Both the position numbers and the translations under genes were made by a program. The notes below the pieces were generated by a model. That model saw nothing but the letters and a program-made list of their open reading frames with translations, was not told where the DNA came from and ran no database searches. A stretch of 35,325 bases of DNA from positions 1-35,325 of the forward strand of contig DASTSF010000436.1 of the NCBI GenBank assembly GCA_035760825.1, given 5' to 3'. Source of the stretch: Bacteroidia bacterium (lineage in GTDB: Bacteria; Bacteroidota; Bacteroidia; Palsa-965). Numbering within the stretch: the stretch's first letter is position 1; every line of letters begins with the position of its first letter. Positions 29,867-35,325 of the stretch are shown piece after piece.

Positions 29867-31246
29867 TTATTTTATCCCTTTCCGTTCGCGCCACACCTGG
29901 TTGAAGCTTTTCTGCGCAACAGGCGGCAGCTCTCTTCGTTCTCCCCACGATTTCCGGAAGAACTGGCGGAGCATGAAATTTTTGAGCTTTGCGCCGCCCT
30001 TGTCCATTTTGCTGCGCTTCATCATCGCCCCTTTCCAGAAGAACCACATCACGGTTTCTGTTTTTGCCGCAGGTCCGGCTGTAACCGCGTCGCGGCGATT
30101 GTGTGCGAGCAGCTTGTGAAGATCGATTTTCACGGGGCACGCTTCCGAACATTTTCCGCACCCGGTGGATGCGTAGCTGAGGTGGCGGTATTCCTGCATT
30201 CCCGCCATCCACGGCATTACCACGGCGCCGACCGGGCCGCTGTAAACGGCATTGTACGTGTGACCGCCTACGGCCGTATACACCGGGCACGCATTGAGGC
30301 ATGCTCCGCAGCGTATGCACTGCAGCGCACGGCGCTGTTCTACCTGCGCGAGAAGATTCGATCTTCCGTTATCGAGAAGAACAAGCACGAGTTCTTCGGG
30401 TCCGTCGTGCTCTCCCGGCTGACGGGGCCCGGTAATAATGGAATTATAAACAGAAACCTGCTGGCCGGTTCCGTAAGTGGCGAGCAGCGGCCAGAGAAGA
30501 TCGAGGTCGCTGAGCGCGGGAATGATCTTGTCGATCGACGTGACGACGATGTGCGTTTTCGGGAAGGCCATTGCCATCAGCCCGTTGCCTTCGTTTTCTG
30601 TTACGGCAATCGCGCCCGGATCTGCAACGATAAAATTCGCGCCGGTTATTCCTGCGCCTGCCTTGCGGAATTTTTCTTTCAGGTGGTCGCGGACCCACTC
30701 GGTGATCTGCGCCGGGGAAAGATCGGGCGGCGTGCCTTTTTTCTCATGAAAAAGCTTCGCCACATCCTCCTTCGATTTGTGCATCGCCGGGGTGACGATG
30801 TGATACGGCGCCTCGCCCGCCAGCTGCTGGATGTATTCGCCAAGGTCCGTTTCCACCGCTTCGATCCCTTCCTTCTTCAGAAATTCATTCAGGCCGATCT
30901 CTTCCGTCACCATTGATTTCGATTTCACCACCAGCTCTGTTCCTGATTTTTTCAGCACCTGCAAAATCTCCCTGTTCGCTTCCGCCGCATCCTGCGCCCA
31001 GATAATTTTTCCTCCGCGCCTGATGAAGTTCGCCTCGAACTCGATAAGGTATTTGTCAAGATTTTCGATCGCGCGGTTCCGCATCACGGACGCTCGCGTG
31101 CGCGCCAGCTCGAGGTTCGCGAACTGCTGTTTTCCCAGCGCCACCTTCTGGTTGTAATTCGCGATATTGAAATCCAGCTTGCGGTGAAGCTCCGTGTCGA
31201 ACACGTTCTTTTCCGCCGATAAAATGAATTCTGCTGCGCGATCCAT
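29867..31246 (-). CDS. lutB: LutB/LldF-type lactate-utilisation iron-sulfur protein (LUD domain plus 2x[4Fe-4S])
   Basis: 459 aa. KSKSMVTEEIGLNEFLKKEGIEAVETDLGEYIQQ closely matches B. subtilis LutB as I recall it. Ferredoxin motifs CIRCGACLNACPVY and CGKCSEACPVKID. Confidence 0.85.
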   Translation of the reverse strand: MDRAAEFILSAEKNVFDTELHRKLDFNIANYNQKVALGKQQFANLELARTRASVMRNRAIENLDKYLIEFEANFIRRGGKIIWAQDAAEANREILQVLKKSGTELVVKSKSMVTEEIGLNEFLKKEGIEAVETDLGEYIQQLAGEAPYHIVTPAMHKSKEDVAKLFHEKKGTPPDLSPAQITEWVRDHLKEKFRKAGAGITGANFIVADPGAIAVTENEGNGLMAMAFPKTHIVVTSIDKIIPALSDLDLLWPLLATYGTGQQVSVYNSIITGPRQPGEHDGPEELVLVLLDNGRSNLLAQVEQRRALQCIRCGACLNACPVYTAVGGHTYNAVYSGPVGAVVMPWMAGMQEYRHLSYASTGCGKCSEACPVKIDLHKLLAHNRRDAVTAGPAAKTETVMWFFWKGAMMKRSKMDKGGAKLKNFMLRQFFRKSWGERRELPPVAQKSFNQVWRERKGIK

Positions 31247-31258
31247 GATTTCCTGTTT

Positions 31259-32827
31259 TTATTTTTGGGTGATCTTCAGCCGCTCGTTCCTGTTCGCTAT
31301 TTCCCATGCTGTATAAAATACGAGCTGCGCTCTTTTTTCCATCAGCGGGAAATGGATCTTCTGCACCTCGTCCGTTTCCCTGTGATAATCCGGGTGCACG
31401 CCGTTAAAGAAAAAAGCGACGGGGATACCGTTCTTCGCGAAATTGTAGTGGTCGGAGCGATAGTAAAACCGGTTGGGGTCGTCTTTTTTGTCGTAGCGGT
31501 AATCGAGCGAAAGCCCGGTGTACGTATTGTTTTCCGTTTCGTTGATCGTTTTCAGCTCGGCGCTGATCATGCCAGATCCGATGACGTAAACATAATTCGT
31601 GTCTGCGGCATGCGTCGTGTCGATCCGCCCGATCATATCGATGTTGAGGTCGCACACCGTGCTGTCGAGCGGGAAAACCGGGTGCGATGTATACCACGAC
31701 GAACCGAGCAGGCCTTTTTCTTCACCCGTCATCGTCATGAAAAGAATGCTTCTCCGCGGACCGTGGCCTTCTTTTTTCGCCTGCGCAAATGCTTTGGCGA
31801 GCTCGATGATGGAAACCGTTCCCGAGCCATCGTCATCCGCGCCATTGTATACAACGCTGTCTTTTCCCAGGTGGTCGTAATGTGCGGTTATTACCACCAG
31901 CTGGCCTTTGAGATCGCTGCCTTCGAGGTAGCCCAGCACATTTTCCGAATGCACGGAACGCCCGGTTGACTGTGCAACAATGTCCATTTTCATTTTGCTG
32001 AACGTGTGCACGGGTTTTTTCTTTCCTGAAATTTTCTCCACCAGCTTTTCCAGCGGCGTTTGTTTTCCTTCCTTCAGAAGATTATCCGCCATGCTCCGCG
32101 TGATCAGCAGCACCGGCATCTCGTCGTAAATAACAGAGACGTCGTTCTCCTCGTCGGGAACAAGCATCGACATGTGATCGTGCGACATGATCTTCGCCAG
32201 CGCTTTATCATACTCGTCAACCACGATCAGCAATGCACCCGCGTTGTGCTTCTGCGCTTCCGACACTTTTTTCGCGCGCTTCACATACCATTCCGACGGC
32301 GCTTTGCTGCCGGAAATAAGATTGTTCCCGTTCCGGTCTTTCGGCTCCCCGTCCATGATCAGCACCGCTTTCCCGCTCACGTCGGTATTTGCATAATCAT
32401 TGTAGGCGGGGTCGTCGATGCCGTAACCGAGAAAAACGAGCGTGTCGCATTTTTCATGGCGGCTGGCGTCCGAAGGCGGAAAGAAAAAATCTTTCCCGAA
32501 CTCGTATTTGTTCTTCGGTGTTGTAACAGAACCCGATGAGGGCCGGTATTCGATCAGCGGAACATCCTGGAAATAGCTGCCGTTCGCGTAAGGAGGAATA
32601 CCGAACGACGCAAATTGTTTCGCAATGTATTCGGCGGCTTTCTTTTGTCCCGGCATAGCCGTTTCGCGGCCTTCATACTCATCGGAAGCAATAACGGACA
32701 AATGCGTTTTCATATCCTCCGCCGTGATCAGCGCCGCGTATTTTTCCCGCACAGGATCTTTTCCGCCGGTGAAGGCCAGCAAAAGAAAGGCAATGGGAAA
32801 AAACAGGGAGATTTTTTTTACGGACAT
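31259..32827 (-). CDS. M28-family aminopeptidase with PA domain
   Basis: Start re-set to the ATG at 32827 (MSVKKISLFFPIAFLLLAF signal peptide). Zinc-ligand contexts ITAHYDHLG, GADDDGSGTVSIIELAKAF, MTGEEKGLLGS and SDHYNF. Confidence 0.85.
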   Translation of the reverse strand: MSVKKISLFFPIAFLLLAFTGGKDPVREKYAALITAEDMKTHLSVIASDEYEGRETAMPGQKKAAEYIAKQFASFGIPPYANGSYFQDVPLIEYRPSSGSVTTPKNKYEFGKDFFFPPSDASRHEKCDTLVFLGYGIDDPAYNDYANTDVSGKAVLIMDGEPKDRNGNNLISGSKAPSEWYVKRAKKVSEAQKHNAGALLIVVDEYDKALAKIMSHDHMSMLVPDEENDVSVIYDEMPVLLITRSMADNLLKEGKQTPLEKLVEKISGKKKPVHTFSKMKMDIVAQSTGRSVHSENVLGYLEGSDLKGQLVVITAHYDHLGKDSVVYNGADDDGSGTVSIIELAKAFAQAKKEGHGPRRSILFMTMTGEEKGLLGSSWYTSHPVFPLDSTVCDLNIDMIGRIDTTHAADTNYVYVIGSGMISAELKTINETENNTYTGLSLDYRYDKKDDPNRFYYRSDHYNFAKNGIPVAFFFNGVHPDYHRETDEVQKIHFPLMEKRAQLVFYTAWEIANRNERLKITQK

Positions 32828-32905
32828 GATCGTCCTGCAAATATACACGCGGCCCCTGCAGCGTTTCCTGCAATGGCTTTCCTTTATAAACAGGCGTGCT
32901 GTTAA

Positions 32906-33886
32906 TTAGCGGATACCCGTAATGATCCGCTGCCGGTACATTTTTCCGGACTGGCCGGTAATAATGATGGTGTAGATCCCGGCGGCAAAATGATCCTCTT
33001 CAAACTCTACCACATTTCCATCCACGTTTCTTTTCTCGATAACCCTTCCTTCTCCATCGAAAACGGTGTATTCAAATGAATTTTCCGACGGAACGCTGAC
33101 GTGAAACCCGGAAAGCGAAGGATTGGGAAAAACAGAAACGGCATCGGCTTGTGCGTATTCGTCAATGCCCACCGTAGCCAGCAGGCGTGGAATGTCGTTC
33201 ATGATGCTGTCCTTGTTCCCGTTGAACCAGCCGTATTTCCGGTAAACCATTCCCTGCGGAGTAATAAGATACGCGTTGTTGGGTGCAGGACCGAACGTGT
33301 TCCAGTAGCTGTTTGCCGTATCGTCGATCACGAGCGGGATTGAAGCCGGAGGATGCATGCGGATAAGAAACTGCCTGGCGAAATGCCTGCGCGTTCCGTA
33401 TCTCCTGGGCTGTCGCAGGAGGACGCTGTCCTGCAGATTGCTCTGTGTTATCCATACGCTCCCCGAATACGGACTTACATCCGGCGTATCAGGATGCGGC
33501 TCGACTACATAAACAAGCAAAAAGTTGACGGAATTGTGATAGGCTATGTAAATATCCGGCAGCACGTACGTCATGCTGTGGCGGGAAAGGGGACAGGTGA
33601 GCGAAACAGTAATAAGAAGCAGCGGTTTGTTTTGGGCGAGTATCGTTGTCAGCTGCTGTGCAACGCCGGCGGTATCGTACAAACGAAAATCGGAAACAAC
33701 CTGGCCGGGCTGATAACCCGTTGTCGCAAAATTGTTTGCCATGGCCGAAGCATATATTCCGAAGGGCGCGATATGTGCCGAATCGGGCGACAGGGTTCCA
33801 TAGCCGGTAAAAGATGTGATATCGCTCTGCGCATGAAGCGCGGAGCCTCCGAAAACCAACAGCAACAGTAAGAAACGCCTGAACAT
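32906..33886 (-). CDS. T9SS-sorted thioredoxin-fold protein resembling iodothyronine deiodinase (Cys-type) / AhpC-TSA
   Basis: Signal peptide MFRRFLLLLLVFGGSALHAQ. Core motifs KPLLLITVSLTCPLS, VNFLLVYVVEPHPD and IDDTANSYWNTFGPAPNNAYLITPQGMVYRKYGW. Sorting domain VFPNPSLSGFHVSV...GIYTIIITGQSGKMYRQRIITGIR. Confidence 0.75.
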   Translation of the reverse strand: MFRRFLLLLLVFGGSALHAQSDITSFTGYGTLSPDSAHIAPFGIYASAMANNFATTGYQPGQVVSDFRLYDTAGVAQQLTTILAQNKPLLLITVSLTCPLSRHSMTYVLPDIYIAYHNSVNFLLVYVVEPHPDTPDVSPYSGSVWITQSNLQDSVLLRQPRRYGTRRHFARQFLIRMHPPASIPLVIDDTANSYWNTFGPAPNNAYLITPQGMVYRKYGWFNGNKDSIMNDIPRLLATVGIDEYAQADAVSVFPNPSLSGFHVSVPSENSFEYTVFDGEGRVIEKRNVDGNVVEFEEDHFAAGIYTIIITGQSGKMYRQRIITGIR

Positions 33887-33942
33887 AAGGCGTCTAAGTT
33901 AGCTTTTTTGACTTATTAAAAACTCCTTAAAATCCTCAAAAA

Positions 33943-34386
33943 TCAGTTATGACAGGGAATCTTGTTTACCCGGTTTGCATGGCGTCCGCCTTCAAAAGGC
34001 GTTGAAAGGAAGATATCTACGCATCTCAGGGCATCTTCATCCGAAATAAAGCGGGCGGGCAGCGAAAGAATATTGGCATCATTATGCATGCGGGCCAGCC
34101 CGGCGATCTCGGGTTTCCAGCACACAGCTGCCCGTATACCTGCATGCTTGTTGGCCGCCATGCTTATGCCGTTACCGGATCCACATATAAGTATACCGAA
34201 GTCGGCTTCCCCGTTTTCCACAGCATTCGCTACCGGGTGAGCGAAATCGGGATAATCGACACTTTCCCCGGAATCCGTTCCAAAGTTCCTGGTGCTGATT
34301 CCGTTAGCAGAAAGGTGCCGGATGATAACCTCTTTTAATTTATACCCGGCATGATCACAGCCGATGGCCAGCCTTACCTTTGTCAT
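33943..34386 (-). CDS. rpiB: Ribose-5-phosphate isomerase B
   Basis: 147 aa. LAIGCDHAGYKLKE and ILICGSGNGISMAANK are RpiB/LacAB signatures. Confidence 0.9.
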   Translation of the reverse strand: MTKVRLAIGCDHAGYKLKEVIIRHLSANGISTRNFGTDSGESVDYPDFAHPVANAVENGEADFGILICGSGNGISMAANKHAGIRAAVCWKPEIAGLARMHNDANILSLPARFISDEDALRCVDIFLSTPFEGGRHANRVNKIPCHN

Positions 34387-34399
34387 TGGACTTTTTTTG

Positions 34400-34407
34400 C
34401 AAAGTTA
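34400..34407 (-). promoter_or_regulatory. Bacteroidota -7 promoter box TAACTTTG for rpiB
   Basis: Exact TAnnTTTG on the minus strand (plus strand caaagtta), 13 nt upstream of the ATG at 34386. Confidence 0.45.
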
Positions 34408-34526
34408 AGCGGATAAAAAACGCGTTTCCCGGGGAATGTAAAATAGAAACCAACAATGCAAGGACTGTCAGCAAAAAACAACACTGGAAATAAACCAGTT
34501 ATCTGTAACTTTATTAACATGCTTTT

Positions 34527-34851
34527 TGTTGAAATAAGAACGCGCCTGTTATTAAAAAGGTCACAAAATAACTTGGCAGATCCGGACCATTTTCCGGGTA
34601 ATGAATTCTTTTTTCCGTGCAAGCATTGTTGAAAAAATAGAACAGGCAAAGAACTAACCGTTTATTCACGTTCATTTTTGATGCTGGCAATTAACAATGG
34701 CGTGAAAAAACAAAACCTGAAAAATGTTGAAAAGAACAATCAATGCTGTTTTTCAGGTCATTGAAAAAATTCCCGCTGTTGAAATCGTGTTACCTGTTTT
34801 TGAGAACAAACAATATTGTCCGTGAACGCAAGGTTATCAACCGTTTCAACA
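34527..34851. promoter_or_regulatory. Array of five TGTTGAAA octamers (four direct, one inverted) in the rpiB-nadA spacer
   Basis: Direct copies start at 34527, 34627, 34725 and 34777. The inverted copy (TTTCAACA) is at 34844-34851, 39 nt before the nadA ATG. The first three copies continue as ...AGAAC. Confidence 0.35.
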
Positions 34852-34889
34852 GTATAATAGTAGTAGTAGATTTTATTTAAAAAATATAT

Positions 34890-35325
34890 ATGAATACTAT
34901 AGAATACGACGTCGATGAAAAGGTGAGCCGGCTTGATCCGGGCCTGGATCTTTTTTACGAGATCGGGAAACTGAAAAAAGAAAAGAATGCTGTCCTGCTG
35001 GCGCATTATTACCAGGAGAATGACATCCAGGATGTGGCGGATTTCATCGGCGACAGCCTTGGACTGGCCCAGCAGGCCGCCAAAACGAAAGCGGACATCA
35101 TTGTTTTTGCCGGCGTTCATTTCATGGCGGAAACAGCGAAGATCCTCAACCCGCACAAGAAAGTTATCCTCCCGGATCTCCGCGCCGGCTGCTCGCTGGC
35201 GGATACATGTCCGGCAGACAGGTTTTCAGAATTCCGCAAACGTTTTCCTGATCACGTGGTCATTTCGTACATCAACTGCAGTGCGGAAGTGAAAGCGCTG
35301 AGCGACATCATCTGCACGTCGAGCA
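34890..35325 (+). CDS. nadA: Quinolinate synthase NadA, N-terminal 145 codons; gene runs off the right edge
   Basis: Not in the ORF track because it is open at the edge. My translation from the ATG at 34890: [88 protein letters not shown]...[21 protein letters not shown], which matches typical NadA. Confidence 0.9.
   Translation, partial: MNTIEYDVDEKVSRLDPGLDLFYEIGKLKKEKNAVLLAHYYQENDIQDVADFIGDSLGLAQQAAKTKADIIVFAGVHFMAETAKILNPHKKVILPDLRAGCSLADTCPADRFSEFRKRFPDHVVISYINCSAEVKALSDIICTSS

Noticed and set aside
30101-30916. A 271-aa plus-strand ORF, plus the 234-aa plus-strand ORF at 31265..31969
   Set aside because: They are antisense to lutB and to the M28 peptidase respectively, and both of those have diagnostic motifs.
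13501-33886. A functional link between the HxA (halogenase-like) cupin and the deiodinase-like protein as a halogenation/dehalogenation pair
   Set aside because: The genes are 19 kb apart, on opposite strands and in unrelated transcription units. There is no halide-related transporter or carrier protein nearby. The coincidence is noted, but nothing in the sequence supports it.
34383-34649. An 88-aa minus-strand ORF upstream of rpiB
   Set aside because: It overlaps the rpiB start and the rpiB -7 box. It sits in AT-rich DNA with Phe/Lys/Leu-biased composition and has no motif. I treat it as non-coding but flag the region as a whole.
34780-34889. A possible NAD+ riboswitch (nadA motif) in the nadA leader
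   Set aside because: I could not find the tandem bulged-stem domains or the conserved C-rich and G-rich strands I associate with the nadA motif, which is known from Acidobacteria. The leader here is AT-rich and short. Only an Infernal scan could settle it.
34758-35156. A 132-aa minus-strand ORF at the right edge
   Set aside because: Its 3' two-thirds are antisense to the unmistakable nadA N-terminus, which the ORF track misses because it is open-ended. The rest runs into AT-rich spacer, including a YYYY run that comes from the (TAG)4 microsatellite at 34858-34869.
1-35325. CRISPR arrays, transposases/IS elements, integrases, restriction-modification, toxin-antitoxin or other recognisable defence modules
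   Set aside because: I looked for regularly spaced direct repeats, terminal inverted repeats and the characteristic protein motifs (DDE, tyrosine recombinase, helicase/nuclease, RT) in all six frames and found none. The only regular repeats are in-frame protein repeats and short regulatory repeats.

Overview
This 35.3-kb chromosomal segment reads as Bacteroidota, probably Chitinophagia- or Sphingobacteriia-like. Five proteins end in T9SS type-A C-terminal sorting domains, and several genes have exact TAnnTTTG -7 promoter boxes with very short leaders. I support about 33 protein genes and one tRNA-Cys. Housekeeping genes are mnmG (partial), ybeY, gltX, folB, a ferritin, lutB, rpiB and nadA (partial). 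They are interleaved with accessory content: (1) a translationally coupled operon of a giant Gln-rich DUF4175-like membrane protein, an RsbW-type kinase, ybeY and a lipocalin-like protein; (2) an ArsR-DoxX-SRPBCC-SRPBCC operon with twin operator-like inverted repeats; (3) an FIH/JmjC-type cupin; (4) two paralogous seven-repeat T9SS proteins; (5) a REC-DHp-only response regulator next to a PAS-PP2C phosphatase; (6) an ECF sigma/anti-sigma pair facing a 599-aa lipoprotein; (7) a coupled BNR-propeller and S8-protease T9SS cargo pair; (8) a T9SS-exported deiodinase-like thioredoxin-fold protein. I saw no transposase, integrase, CRISPR array, reverse transcriptase or recognisable defence, toxin or nuclease genes, so I cannot point to one self-contained new system. 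The best leads are four: the cupin whose metal triad reads HxA...H; the secreted Cys-type deiodinase-like protein; the dispersed, incomplete partner-switching parts (orphan RsbW-like kinase, PAS-PP2C, REC-DHp); and a 500-bp AT-rich spacer upstream of nadA carrying five copies of TGTTGAAA. All family assignments rest on by-eye motif recognition and need profile searches. Many long ORFs in the track are antisense or alternate-frame shadows of real genes, and the track also uses TTG starts, so I re-set several starts.
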